Shown one piece after another: positions 34,817-49,529 of a stretch of DNA of 64,000 nucleotides. The translations under genes were made by a program, and so were the position numbers. Within the stretch, counting starts at the first letter, position 1; each line of letters starts with the position of its first letter. The stretch lies in assembly GCA_051362555.1 (NCBI GenBank), contig CM120640.1, positions 2,170,001 through 2,234,000 of the forward strand. Reading direction: 5' to 3'. Origin of the DNA: Lingula anatina (Eukaryota > Animalia > Brachiopoda). The notes below the pieces were generated by a model. It was given only the letters and a program-made list of their open reading frames with translations, made no database searches and was not told the DNA's origin.

Positions 34817-37800
34817 GGCCCCAGCGGTACAGCTAATTGCCTATGTGTGCAGCAAGGCTTCAAGTTTACCCAAGCTTTCAGTCTTGCTTTAGGTAACTAG
34901 ACATTTTAGATAATTAAGGAAAATTACAAAACACTCCATTTCATTTCAAAGTAAAGTTCAGAATGGTTTGAAAATGAATGAATAATTAGATAAATAAAAA
35001 GTTTTAATTTCAAAATCAGACATAACAGATGCCTTTTCTTTTATCTGTAAATAAAACAGAAAGTACAATGGATGGTAGGTATGAGAACAGTAAAGATTCA
35101 AAACAGTGGTCCACTTCCTGAAATAAAAACTCAATTGATTTTGAGAACAGTAGGGATTTGACACAACTGTCCACTTCCTAAAACATAAACTGAAATGATT
35201 ATAAAACAGGTATTATGGTAGCCTAATGCAGTTTGGAATCCCTACTCTAAGGCAACCTGCTTCAGTACACACACGTAACCCTATACATTCTCTTCAAAAA
35301 GATGTCTTTCCTTTCAAGTTAATATCAGAGACTTTTTGATGGCTTCTTCATTTCGCTCTTTCAACAACAGATTGGATTTCTTTTCCACTGCCTTTTTTTC
35401 CTTCTTAACAAACAAAATCTACCCATTCGGAAATTTCTTGGAAAAGGAATATGCATGTTCTTTCATTTCAATGATAATCTTTCTTTTTTAGACCTCAAGC
35501 TTATCGCGAAGGCCACGATATTGTGAGAACATAAAACATGGAAATGTTACTCATTGCACACCAGATGTGGGATCTTTGCTAACGAGGTACCATACAGGTA
35601 TTTTTTTGAGCATGAAATGTGAATCCGCATTGTGTAAGTTCCACAAATAAAAGGCCTCATTAATGATAATTGTGGTTTGTGACTTGAAGACGTAGATTTG
35701 TGATTGTGATTGCTGAATTGATTTTAACCACAATTTCATGATCCTCGTGTAAAAACACGGACTGCTTGCACTGTAACCCAAACTGCCATCAATTTGGCCA
35801 GTTTTCATTCTTGTCTTTCGCTGTTTACATAGATTCATTTGACTGCAACTATTTTAGATACCCAGAATTGCTTGTTTGTAGATATGAGGAATTGTTTGTT
35901 TGAGCTTTTAGAAATTGAAAGTCAAAAGTAAAATAGTTTTTGCACCACTTTTCTGAATTTGTGCTCAAAATGGCATGTTTCAGAAAAACAAAAAGTTGTG
36001 GCAACCCTGAGGGTGTTAGATCTTATGGTTGATGAGGACAATGAGGACAAGAGTCATGAACTGAAACTTCTTGGACTGACCTCTCCATGTTTTTTTTTCC
36101 TTTGGCGCAAAAAGAGAGGTCTAGTGCGCTTGCGCTGACTGGATGGGGTGTTAAAACACTCTAAAAATCTCCAGACAAAACCTAGAACGATAGAAATGTT
36201 GAGTTGGCCTTTAGAACAATTTTTGACTTCCTTCAAACTCCACTCAACATTACTGAACACTGTTCAACATCACTCAACAGGTTGTAAAAATGCTCTCACC
36301 AAAATTTTCATTTTTTTACATGGAATTTTTATGAATAAGTCCCCTCTGACCTACTGAATTCAGTCAATCATTCGGCTCCAAAATGCGATTTAAGATCACT
36401 CAATCAGTTATTGCTGATGTAGTGTAATGCCAGACTGAACACCTATGACTAACTACCCCTACTAGTCTACAGGCCACAGGGTGAAACATGCCCCCTTTTA
36501 ATTGTATTGAAAATCTAAAGAGTGTGAGGACAGTTTAATAAAATTAGAAAATTTTATTTTCAGAAAGTTTCACAACTGATTCAACTGGCTTTTTCCAATA
36601 TCCTGAATTATATATTTTCCTAGATATTTTTTACTGTCTGTTTATTTATTAATTTTATTCAGTCAATTATGTTCATTTTACCCTTGTAAAGTACACGACT
36701 ACAAATAGATATCATTATTATTATAAGTGGTTACAACTCTCCACCACAACAACAAATACAATTCATGGTAAACCTTCAACAAAAGTACACAGAACACGAC
36801 AAAACAAGTGTATCCAATCTCTTTTGCATTCATTTCAATCTTCAAAATGCCAAATTGTCCATCAAGTTGTTTTGTTATCTATTTATGGAAGATAAGTGGG
36901 AGCCATGCACAGGAAATTGAACTCACATAAAATGTTGTGTTAATGGAGTTCGCAAAATTACAGCATTTCTCATCACAATTTGATTAAATGATTTTAGAGT
37001 GATTAATCAATTCATTAAATGGATGTTAAATTCAGCCAAAAAGATTTTGCAGCATTTTGATAATAAATTTCTACAGACAAGCTGTTAAAATGAATCAAGA
37101 ATAATCACACCAATTTACATTGAGATCTAATGACCTTGAATGCGATTTTCGAAGGGCTATAGAAGAGATTGGCTCTGCTAGGGACAAATGCTGCCATCTC
37201 ACCACGTATTTGAAAACCTCTCACAGTCATGATCATGTCCTGACAAACTTCTTTCATTTCCAAACTGAGACTTTTAAAGGCAATAAAACCCTTTAGATAG
37301 AGGCTTATCTGAAGCATACCTTAGTCATTATCACCTTCTCAGCCTTCTTGGGTTGCCAGCTTCCAAAACTACATTATTGCACTGCACAGAGCCGCAATAC
37401 AAAACACCCCGCCATTTTCTTGTGTGAAATTGAGGCAATGCAAGTAAAGTATTAAATTAAAAATGGAGTGAAACACTGAGTCCAAGTGCAGGACCGGGTC
37501 TAGCAATAATTCGGACTGAACAGAAGAAAATTGCTTTTTACACCAGGAAAATTCATTTTGAAGGGAAAATCACATGAAGTGGCCCTTTAACAAACAGAAA
37601 GTAATAAAACTCTTTATCCAGTTGCTTTATCTTAGGTGACCTGAAAAAGCCCGATAGACTGACTGGTGCACTGTTTTAGTGCATGTTTCAAAGATCATTT
37701 TAAAACAGATATGGAATTCAATAAAGCCTGTCTGAAGTCCCAAGATGAACTTCTTTTCTGTACTTTATTGGTTTTGACTGCTATCTTTAAGCACGGTGAA

Positions 37801-38588
37801 ATAATCAATGAAATCGTTTTCCTTTAGACTGTTGCTGAACTTTCTTCCATGCAATGGTTAATTATCTTATGCCGCTGTCTGTCTGTGGACCACAGACTCT
37901 GGTTCGGTCAGAGATGATGTCTACTTTGATTGCACAGTAGACCACAGCATCAACGACCTAGTCTCTACCTCCCTCGACTAATCATGAAGAATCCCTTCAG
38001 TGAGAGAAAAAAAATTATATATTTCCCTTCACATGATAATCCATAATGGAATTTTGACTCATTAGGACTCCTTTCAGAAGATTCATATGCTCTCTCTTAA
38101 AATGTCTGAAATACATCAGGATTGTCTTCAACCGAAAGCAATTTCTGTCGCTGAAAGCCGAGGGTTATGGGATTAAAATGCCTGACCTACCCTTTTACCA
38201 ACTAAATACAGTTTACTAATCAAGCAAGGAATGCATCATACCAATTTTTTCAAGCATACTGTTTGCTTTCCGATGTATAACATGGGACTAATGACTGAGA
38301 TAGGAGGCCGTATGCACTCCAATATTCACTGCCTTCAGAAACAGCAGCTGTATTCCTAAGCTCAACACAGGTCAGTCTCCATGCATGCAGACCATGCCTA
38401 GAAACGTGTTCTCTTCAGGGCTGCAACCAATATAACAAACCACTCACACTTCACAGGCTTCTCACAGCAACCTTGTCACATCTATACAAGGAAAGAGACC
38501 AGCCATCATCTAGACAGTGCTCTGTCTGGCTGCACTGAGAAAAACTACCCATTCAGATTTCCAATTTGATCCATCAGTCTGGGTCTAA

Positions 38589-38761
38589 GGCCCCATTCAG
38601 AATAGGGGACTAACTAGTCTGAGGGTCCAATATGGCGACCCACTAAAAAGCTTGCCGTCTAATCCACCTATAGACACTGAATAGATATCCCATGGAAGTA
38701 TTCAAGTGGGTCGGTCATATTTGACCCTTGGACTAATTAGTCCCCTATTCTGAATGGGTCT
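38589..38761. mobile_element. Tourist/Harbinger-like MITE (family D)
   Basis: TAA|ggccccattcagaataggggactaa ... ttagtcccctattctgaatgggtct|TAA. Confidence 0.8.
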
Positions 38762-41700
38762 TAAAATAATCCATTCAGGCTGCTAATTTCTACCACTACA
38801 ACACTTATGTTGCCGCTAACATGTGTGCCTGGCCATTAATGGGATAATACAGGTTATCAACACTTTTTTCTGACTTACCACCAGTTTGTAAACATATGCA
38901 ATGCCTGCCATGTTCTGAGTGGTATTTCAAGTCTGAACCAGGCCTAAATGAAACACCATACATTAACTAAGACTAGTAATAACACAGCAAGAATGTAGGA
39001 AATAAATTGAGTGGCAATATTTTCCTGGCATTTTCTTTCCCCTTGCAGGCTGGTCAGGTATCTGGTACACATAACTTTTACCTGTTCTGGTTCTTGGCTG
39101 TTGTCAGTATATAAATGTACACACAGAGCAATGAAAATAAGACAAATTGGCTTATCTGTAAACAATATCTGTATCAGTATTCACAGTTAACCGTAAACCA
39201 CTTCATTGATCCTTTTACAAGTCCTATTTAAATTAACAAATGGATGGTAATGGCTGTTCCCAAGGCCCATCTTCTCAATACACAATACTGGTGCTACAAA
39301 CCATACCTTGTATCAGGTCACATCTTGCTGCTGGCCTAGTAACTGGCAGGCGCTTTGACAGAAAAGATAAAGATCAGAACGCCTTCATACGTAACATTGT
39401 CTGACATGACAGCGCTACTTGTTAAGCAGACAAAAACTGAGGAAGAAACTCCTTACACCAATGAATTATACAGAAATTTGAATTCAGTATTTGTTCTAAT
39501 CTGTTATCCTATTGACAATGCTTAATGTCCTATTGATAATGCCCCACTCGTTGCGACCCATTTAGATTAGGCGGGGCATGCAAATTTAATTATGAAGCTT
39601 TCGATTGCTTATTTCTGCTGGAGTTCAGCTCAGGAAATGAGGGACAGAATCAAGCTTTAGCCATAAAAGTAATTTGTAATTCCATATAATAATTATTTAT
39701 AACATGAAATTAGTACCTGTAATCAGATTACTGCTAAAATGTTGTAGTTCTCATGAGGTTTCCCTACCAGCCATGAATCAATGCTGCATTTTGAATCTTA
39801 TCATTAAATTGCCAGTCCTATGTTCATTTATGCATTATGACAAGATTTCCATTTCAGTCTTATCAAATAACTTATATTTTTCAAAAGCATTGTTGCTGGT
39901 GCCTTCATTTTTTTGTTTAATTTTTGATGATCTGATATATCCACTTCCTCATATCGTGATCATCATATACGCGGTGTCTGGCAACTAGAACGTGAAGTCA
40001 ACAATTGAGATCAAATTATGAAAGCAGATTGCATTTTTAAACTAAAAGAAAAATCAATTTATCAACCACAAGAAGCCATTAACTCATCCAATAGATTCAA
40101 TCCATTACAACATACGAACACCTGTATATCAAAGCTGCAAAAGCACAAATCTATAAGTCAATTATTGAAATAACGTAAAAAGTTTGCCACTGCTAGGCCA
40201 ATGCCTCTCCACCCCATATGAAATATGATGGAATGCAAAAAAACAATTCAATGAACAGGTCAATAAAAGATCTAAGTACATTAGCTTGTTAGAATTATAA
40301 ATGTGGAGAATATCCCGTTACAATGCCTTTCTACTTTCGTTTGAGTTACAGGAAGTTTTTGTCGATAATGGTTCAAGTGCATACAAACTTTCAAATTGCG
40401 GCTTATATTGGAAGCTGACAAACACACATTAACTGTACAATAAAAGATGCAAAAGTCAGCAGAAATAAAATTTCCTTTAGAGTTTTCTTAAGTTAGTATG
40501 CCTAAAGCCTGAAAAAATAACAAAGATTACATTAAATCCAAGAAAAATTTTATAATAGTCAGGCTGACTAAAATTCTGCCGTCAATCCATATGCTATGCC
40601 GTTGAACAGAGAAAGAGCACTTCTCTTATACCTAGACTGCTCTTCATCAGAACATCATTTGCTTACTTTTCTTTCCAAAGCTGAGAAAAACATGTCTCAC
40701 CCCCCTTCCGTCACCTGGTCCTCCACGTGTAAGAGCCTATCTACCCACCTGAATCTACAGCCCACTCCTGTCTGTACTCCTGCCTTCTCTGCCGCCGTGC
40801 GATGACCCTACAACATACAGCAAAGCTCAAGATAAATGTCATTCTCATTTCATAATATATTATGTCTATGCCTACTGCTTAAGTTTACGAAGTAGTACTT
40901 TTTATCAATTATGCTTACTTTTGATTTGTTTCTGCACTCCTCTTCTTTCTCCTTTTTTTATCCAATGACTGAGTTCTCTGAAAATTAATCACAATTATCA
41001 TAAGCTTTGTGTGAAATGTCTATCACCTCAGAATGCCAGTTGATTAGCTCACTAGGCAGGTATACTTGAACAACAAGACTGGAATATGGCTTCAGTCAAT
41101 AGTTCACCACCACAGTTCCTGCCTTGTTTTCAAATTCAAATTCCACGTTGGGTGATTCTCCTGGATCGAAATACAAATTCTCCAACTGAGAAGAAGGTAT
41201 TTTGCATACCAGATCGAGCAACCATGAACACTTCACCTAAACGACGTTCTTTCTGTGAGAGCAGTTCCACAACATGGACTATTTTTTGTATCATCTGTGC
41301 TTAGATTACCAGCCAGTGCATTCCTCCCCCAAGTCCAGGTTGGCTGTGTACTAGGTTCTGCATGCTTTTTATTAATACAATACTTCAGGTTCAAGTCCTT
41401 CAAGGAAGTTGTACGAGTGCCTCTGTTTTTATCAAATATTTATGTTGAAGATGAAAAACAATATATAATATGCAGTTGGAACTTTTTTTATTTATGGCAA
41501 TCTTTTAATCTCATCAGTGAGTTCAATTGTATTGTTGTTCCATCCCCCCCCCCCCCAAAAAAAAAATTAATTAATAAATAAAAACTAAATCATTAAACCA
41601 TTTAAGATAACATACAATTACTGACTTTGGCGGGGGTCAATTATGTTTTGCAGTCCTTAGAAAAGTGATGTTGACTTAGGCACAGCCAAAGTAGACAGCT

Positions 41701-41938
41701 CTTTGGTAGAGGTCTGCAAATCAACATGACCAAAAGACAATATTTTTTTTCAAATAATCTAAAACCTGTATATCAAAGTTCTCCAAGATAACATCATTGA
41801 AAAGTTACAACATCACTTTAAACTGTTACATTGCTTGTCATCTGATTGGTCAGCCCTCTGATTGACTAATATATCACTTTACCAGCTTTGTATTCTCAGA
41901 TATAAGACTGTATTCTTTGCTTATTGTTTAATAAACAA

Positions 41939-41939
<1 letters not shown>

Positions 41940-42003
<64 letters not shown>
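41940..42003. repeat. (AT)n microsatellite
   Basis: Directly visible. Confidence 0.97.
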
Positions 42004-42006
<3 letters not shown>

Positions 42007-43778
42007 TTATTCATTTTAATGTTGACTGTCATGCCCAAATTTTATAAATTACTTTCTAATTTCTGCTATATTATTCAACCAGACCTTCATTTTCACAATC
42101 TGTTTTAAAGAAGTTCTACCACGTTGAGGTGTTACGACATCTGAAAATTTGATCATGTACATAATTATGTACAAAGAGTGTTTTTACTCAATACTTTTGC
42201 TTTCCTGTTTCTATTAAATTCTATTTAACATATACATGGACTACTAAGTTTATTGAATTTAATTGAATTTTATTATTTCTATAATTCAATAAGTGTTATA
42301 AAAAGGGGGTCCTTGGGTCAACAGTCACACAATAAAAACAAGTAATATCTTCAAAAATATCCCTCACAAGGTCAAACCAAATCTATCAAGACATCAGTAT
42401 AATCAGAAGAATTTTCCGCTGCGGCAAGGAGCACCTGTCTGAAAATCTGTTGTAAAAAGAGGTTAACTGCTGTAGAAACATGCAATCCTTCACTTACTGA
42501 GTCCCTCACCTGCACAGGGCATACTATACAGCCTGCACGGCGTACTGACACTGAGAAGTGAGTTATGAGGACACGACATGCAAGTGTCCCCTGGATGGGG
42601 TGAACAGAAGGACTGTCCCATACATACATGATATATACATGCAGTAATCTTATTCCCAGCCCAATGATAATAACAGATAAACAATTTGATGGTTTGGATT
42701 TTACACTTAAAACTTGTCTGAAAATATTCCTTTTTTAAACTGAGTAAAATTGATTAAACTTGTTTACATCAAATGTAAGATACTTTTGCAATATGTATTT
42801 TTCCACTTGCTAAAGTTCAAACATTCTACTGGCAGAAGACTTTCAATCAATCGTTTGAAATGAACATTTTCCTACATTCAGTTGCTATGAAATGAACATA
42901 CTGTTATTTTACTCGAACACCTCCGACTGCTTCATGCGTCAAAGGTATTTGTATGGTATATAGGTACTCAGGCGAAAATAAAATTTGCCAATCAATTACA
43001 GAACATGTGCTCCAAATGCTTTGCAAACACGTAGAAAAACATGCAAACATGATAAAAACAATCTCTCAAATATCCCTTTCATTAATATTTTAGTATTTCA
43101 TGACTTTAGCAAACCACAGAAATGAAAATTCCGGAAAGCTGAAGCACAAAGGAAACAATTATCAGTGTAACAGAGGGATGGTGAGGAAGAACTCTAAATC
43201 AATACATATTTAATATACATCTTGGATGAGTTCAGTTAAAGTTAAAAGATTCAATATCGTTGGGCCTGAACCTTTACATAGGAGAACTCAAAGTTGAGAC
43301 ACATGGCAAACAAGAATATCATTACAGCTTATCAGCCATTAACAAACTCTGGCTGTTTACTTTCTGTCTGATAAATTGACCCACTCTATTCAGAGGCAGA
43401 AGGAGTTTCAGCTCAGAACCCAGCAAATCTCTGTGCAACCTAGCTCTATGTGTACTTGCACTAAAAATAAGAAGCATAAATATCTTACACATGGCATTCC
43501 TTGGAAAATACCTTTTGAAAGGGTTTCATGGGTAAAAAAAAATTCTATAAAAAATTAGTAATTATATTCATGCTACTGGGTTTTTTAATCGCATTGTCTT
43601 TTTTATTTCAAATTTTAATGTATTGTTCATGTTGTTCAATGTGTGTGCCCACAATATGGCCAATTTTTCCTGATGGATAATTCTCATGTCCTGTTTCACC
43701 TCTTTGTAAACACTTCTATTGTCTATAGTAACCACTGATACACATTGCTTTGTTTGAAAGAATATTTCCTATACTGAG

Positions 43779-43959
43779 CAGGCCTGTAGCCAGGGGGGGT
43801 TCGGGGGGTTCGAAAGAACCTCCCTTTTTGCTGGAAAAAGGTCCACTCTGGGTAAAATTTGACCTAGGTACATGGGGATTATATGGTAAAAGGTCCACTT
43901 TTTCAGAAAAAGAACCCCCCCCCCCCCCCCCCCCTTTGAAATTGCTGGCTACGTGCCTG
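43779..43959 (+). mobile_element. MITE family B (CAGGCCYGTAGCCAG...CTGGCTACGGGCCTG), G/C-run rich
   Basis: TIRs; perfect 5-bp TSD ctgag; near-identical to 60500-60667. Confidence 0.85.
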
Positions 43960-44325
43960 CTGAGATAGGTTAAATTTGAAATTTAAGCCAGGAGCAACTC
44001 TTTTCCCTGGGTAACTTTTTCCCCTCTTCATACATGCTTACTGAGTAAAGATCTAATTCAAAAACATTAAACAAAAGACACCTGTCTCTTTTGAGTCTTC
44101 AGTGAAGATTGCACTCCACTGCAAAGATCTTGCAGTTACCATATTCTAATATGGCAATGCCAAAAACAAAATATTTTAATGTACTTCACCATAAAAAGAG
44201 CTTGAGTTCATCAAGTTCATAAGTCTGCCTGAACTAAAAATTCATCAATCTGAGATATATGACTAAAGTAAACCTTATCCTCAAGTAAGCCTCAAGTGTC
44301 ACTGCCAGTCCAGTCCATTCCTTAC

Positions 44326-44368
44326 CTGTCTCTGCAGTTTCTCCTCCTCACTCTGCAGTCTTCAGTAT
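44326..44368 (-). other. Probable non-coding 5'UTR exon of the p85-like gene
   Basis: Strong acceptor tcttcttttccttccag and donor CAG|gtaagg flank a 43-nt purine-rich segment with no ATG, upstream of the ATG exon. Confidence 0.55.
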
Positions 44369-47300
44369 CTGGAAGGAAAAGAAGAACACGCCTTCAACAA
44401 AAACAAGCACCTGTCACAGTATCTGTGTTACAGTGTACTACAACTGCAATTAACAAGTATAGAGTTATAAAAATGTGTGAAATATCAGAACTAGGAGTAC
44501 CCCATGTGGAGTAAAAATTGAGGGCTTATTCACCTGTGGCTTGAAGCACAGCGTCAGTCAATATGTAAATGTGAATATGATGCAGAAATAGACCAGTCTG
44601 CAGGGTGAGGACTGTTTGTTTTCACATGCTGAACCAGATTGCCACTCTTCAAGAACTAAATGCATAAATCTGCTCCACCTCAAGTTTATAAACCAGGCGC
44701 TAAGGCAGGGATTGGATTAAATCCTCAATACAGCAATGTAACTTAGAATCTAAAAGTACCATTTCAGTGATAGTGACTAGCCAGCATTATCTATCCCTAA
44801 TGATTTCTACCATTTCTAATTAAATAATAATATAGTAATTTAATTCCAATGAGTGGCCAGTCACTAAGATCCTCATGTCATCCTAAAAATTTTCAGATAC
44901 AAATATTCACACCAAGTTGTTTATGTGCAGGGTTTTATCATTTTTCAGGATTGATTTGGGAAAATAAGTAACTTTGCAAGATATGTAGCCATAACTCTGG
45001 GACATTTTCTAATGCCTTCAACGATAGAGCACAAGCATGCTGGGTAGAAATTTACCAATCAATTAAGCGTTCGAGCACAATAAAGGTAAAACAAAATTGG
45101 TTTGTTCCAAAGTGGCGCTGTTCTGATAAATGTCAGTAGAATATCTGACATATTTTTATATCTTATCAGCCCATGAATAAAATCCTGATGAGCTGATGAC
45201 AAACTTATCAGGATCATATAGGAATCAAACCACCTGAATGACATTAGAGAGTTTCAAAGGTTGTGTGATACAGCCACCATATCAGGAAGAACTAGGACAA
45301 ATCACTATTCATTAAATTCAACCAGTGGCACTAAAAAAAATCCAGAATGCCTAGTACTAGTGTTTTAGTGAGCTGATATCATTAAAACAGAAACTGTAAC
45401 CAAAATAAAAGCAGTCAAGCTCTTGTGTTATACTTAAACTTGGCTGGCATGTAAAACAACATCTGCAACTAGATGGCTGCAAAACTTCCTGTAATAGTGA
45501 AAAGTGCTCTAAAATACGCTTAGGTTATATTATATAAGACATGAAAATATGTTGGAATTCAGGCAGCTTTCAACTATGGGGTTTATTAAAAGTTTCAAAG
45601 CACATCTTCAAACTAACCTGACACCACTCCCATGTTTTTTTTTCCAAGAAGCAACAAAAGGAAGACACAGCTTCTTATTGTAAGGAAATAGCATTAAGGT
45701 GTTTCCGTAGGTTTATTAAACAGCATAGATTTTCAGGTCAATATGTGAATTTTGGTTTCTGCATTGTCTCAGTCAGACCAGTTATTAACACAATACTCCA
45801 GAAATTGTGCTACTCTGCAAAAAAGGGGGTTCTAAGGGGTTGGGGTGGGGGTTTACACAATGGTAGCTTAAATTCTTTAAAAGGCATAATCCAAAAGCAT
45901 GAAACTTGACGCTTTTATTCTAAATATTTCCCCATCTCCTCTGATCACTTAACTTAGGGGCCAAAGGTCTGTTTGGTTTCTGATACTTTCTTTTCACAAG
46001 CTCTGAAATTCATAATTTCATTATGACATCAACATTACGTGAAGAATAATACCTGATGATGATTATTGTTCTTTTAAAGGTGTTTAAAATCACTAATTGG
46101 CCCAAACCAGAGGTAAACCTGAATGATGTAGTTAGTAATTACAATAATCTCCAGATAACAGGAGAAAACAACGCTTCCCGTGCGTCACTGATTACATCCT
46201 CTTATATGTAAAAATAATAATAGAAAGGATTATGTTTCTAACAAAAAACAGTCACAGCTTTCCTAACCTCTGTGCAGGGAGATCAGACACCCTTGTACTG
46301 AGATGTACATAAAAATAAATACTTAGTACTTACCTAAACTCTATCAAGCCTTCACTAGTACAGAATATTTAAAAAGTATTCAATTTGGTTGTAAAAGTTT
46401 GTGGGAATTGGATGAAAAATAAAGAAAGATATTTAACTGCAACATTTGCTGTTCCCAACAAAAACTGATGTTATGGAGAAACCTTAAGTTCAAATTGACT
46501 TAAATATATTCTACAAAGACAACTTTTACATGGAACTGCTCAGCAATTAAATATCAAACTCTTATAAAGACTTCAATTTGTGTACATTTTAATATGTAGT
46601 TGTTTATATAAAGGCATGATAAAATTTCAGGTTCTGTTAGTAGACTGTACACATACTGTAACAGCTGTCCAAAAGTTTACAATTGTCATTTAATGATTGG
46701 TAGTAGCAAATCATGCTTAAGAGATTTTCTTTGTCAAAAAAATATGGAGTGGTCGTTTTGCTGGATCATGCTCCTAAAAAATGTTTTATTTTCCACATAA
46801 AATAATAAAAACATTTTCTTTTAATTATGTTTCTGTACACAATGTTATGTATCTGACCTGCTGATTGGATGAAAAGTCAGCTATTTGTACATAAAATCTT
46901 TAAAAAATCTTTACAGAGAATGTCTGTCATGTTATTCCAAAGAAAAATTATAATTACTTATGAAAAGCATTAGTCCTAAGACTGGTCTGCATGAGTTTCT
47001 TTGCATTGTAACTTAAAGGTATTGCATTTCAATTAATCCTTAGACAATCAATATATGTACCACACAATACCCCTCGATCAATACTTACTTTTGTGGTATG
47101 TGCCTGGGTCAAAAATCAAGATGTAGATATATCTACAGTAAACAAGTCGAACCAGACAGTTTCGATTTTATAAACTTGTATATACAACAAATGCACGATG
47201 AAATATGGATATAAAAAATTTGCTTCCACAGATTTAAATGTGTTTAATTATATAATTCACTTTGCCAGAATAAGTGCAATATATTGGCTGACAAGGCAAA

Positions 47301-47984
47301 AAATTCTCAGAACTGCATGGCAGGATGTAGAAAAAAAAAATATAGAGGGCAATAGTAGTAGTAGAGCAATCTTCTCTAGATTAACACTTTGTATATATTC
47401 TGCTTTTCTAATCTGGCCAGACTCTTTTAGACACCTGACAATGTAGGTTTGTTCACAACTCATTTCCATCATTTTTGGTATATTTGTGAAAATCTCCAAT
47501 CGAGACAAAGCTGCTATCCATTGACTAGAGGGTGTTGTCAGGTGCAAAATGAAAGAACCTTATGCACTGAGACTACTTCCTTTTCTTTTCAGTCAAAAAA
47601 GTGACATCAGTCTTTTGTCTTTAAAAAAGGTCTTTCAATGATATTTCTGATCATAAAACATTTAACTTCTTCATCTCCCAAGCAGAAAAGTTACAGTAAA
47701 AGAAATCAAATCTCATCTAAATTATCTTGAACAAAAATAGGAGAAAAAAAGAGGCGGAAAAAAGTTTTATATGGGAGAACACCTGTGGATGTATCAAAGG
47801 GGAGAGCATTACTGTAATACTGAATGGCCCTGTATAATAAAAGTTCACAATATGAATGTTGACAAAACAACATTAACAGATCGACTGATAGCAAACTAAT
47901 GATGTCAACACTGCATCTAAATAAATGAGAAAATACCAACCCACAACTGATAACGTAACAAGTTATTACGGTTAATGTCATTTC

Positions 47985-48400
47985 CTGGAGATCGAGATCG
48001 TTCCATCGCGCCATTTCTCAAATTTCACAAAGTGTCAGAAACCGACATCCGCATCTTTGCAAACAAATAAGTTCCATAACTGTCCCAGACTACACTCTGC
48101 AAGTCTTGTTTGCATACCAGTTGTGTACTTACTAACTTGTGTCGTGCCATGTTTGGTGTAAAGATTTGGGGAGTTGGGACCACAGATAAGCGGGAACACA
48201 CTTTGAAAAAAATACATATTTCCAATAGTATAAGTATTTTACAATATGAATTATAGATGTGATGAACAACATGTACACTCTGATAATCTCACCTGACTGA
48301 TACTTACATCAAAGAGCAACCAAACAGCGTACAAAGTATGATAACAAACTTTGAACTTCCACCATCATGGCTGCGCGCTCCGTGATACAAATGGAAACAC
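47985..48400 (-). promoter_or_regulatory. Candidate promoter / first-exon region of the p85-like gene
   Basis: Local CpG enrichment in CpG-poor DNA, YY1-like AAATGGCG (about 48009-48017), and minus-strand donors GAT|gtaagt (about 48307) and CAG|gtgaga (about 48292); lies between the two genes. Confidence 0.4.
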
Positions 48401-49362
48401 TGGCATCTGTATGACAAGGTCACCATGCAAGAGAATCCTCAATTTTCATTCCCCAGTTTTCAGTCAAATGCAAAAAATAAATGGCAGGTTATTTTAAAAA
48501 ACAAAACTTCTTCAAATTATCAAATCCCCTTTTCTAACATACTTAAACGTCATTTTCTATTTTTTTTGTTATTTTGTTTAAAAAATATTTGTCACAAGTA
48601 ATTCTTTGTAATACATTCATTTTGGTACAATATTTGATGATGTGTTGCATATACCTTCTATACATGTAATATGTCAGATTTCCATTTATAAATAATCTTT
48701 GATAATATTCACAGACATCAACTGACAAAAACAGCTGACATCTTAGTTTTAAAACTTGTTGACATACCATCTTTTGCAGTCATAGGGACTCCGCCTTTAC
48801 ATTCTAGTATTTATAAATGTTGTGCTTTCAGACAACCATCTTGTACAAAATACAAAAAGAACCCTTGTCAATGTGACTCATGGCTTATTATGTCACAGGT
48901 ACAAATCTTTTGTGAGTATGCAAGAAAATCCCATATAGGATACCTATAACATCATTTTTCAGGTTTAAACAGCTACTTTAAAATTCAAATCCATAAAACA
49001 GAAATGGTAAAACAAATATTTGAAAAAGTATTATTAAATAGCTAACATGAAAAGAAACATATTTTTCCATTATTAATCAAGCTATATTGAAGAGACAGTT
49101 GCTGTTTTGCATCTTGATGGTAATTTGGCATATTCACGAGTAGTTAATTGTGACCTTTAGAACAGGCACAGGAAAAATTACATTACAACAAAAGGAATGT
49201 ATACTTTGTATATAAAACCTCATGCCAGTATAAAGTGCTGAAAGCAAGTGGGACACACAGAGAAAGACAAAACATGGACAGACACAATCCAGATGAGTGC
49301 ATTATTTTTTTACGCAACATGTACCATGCAGTGCACAGCATGTTGTCTGTATCAGTGAAGAA

Positions 49363-49529
49363 CAGGGGCGGATTTAGGCCTTCTTCTGGGTCTTCTGGAA
49401 GATGGTCAGATTTTCAAGTTTACATTGACGGGTATCTAATTTTTACTGTCGGAAGACAGTCAAAAATGGAGGATGGATCAAAAAGATAATTTGAAAGCTT
49501 ATCAGAAAATATCTCTGAATCCGCCCATG
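49363..49529 (+). mobile_element. MITE family A, copy 2
   Basis: TIR caggggcggattt / gaatccgcccatg; perfect 5-bp TSD aagaa. Confidence 0.8.

Noticed and set aside
35480-36150. CpG-richer segment with a 95-aa minus-strand ORF, suspected transposon fossil
   Set aside because: I could not identify TIRs, a TSD or a protein motif; it needs a repeat-library search.
43716-43968. Pro/Gly-rich ORFs (also 59999-60307, 62132-62537)
   Set aside because: Derived from G/C homopolymer runs and MITE sequence.
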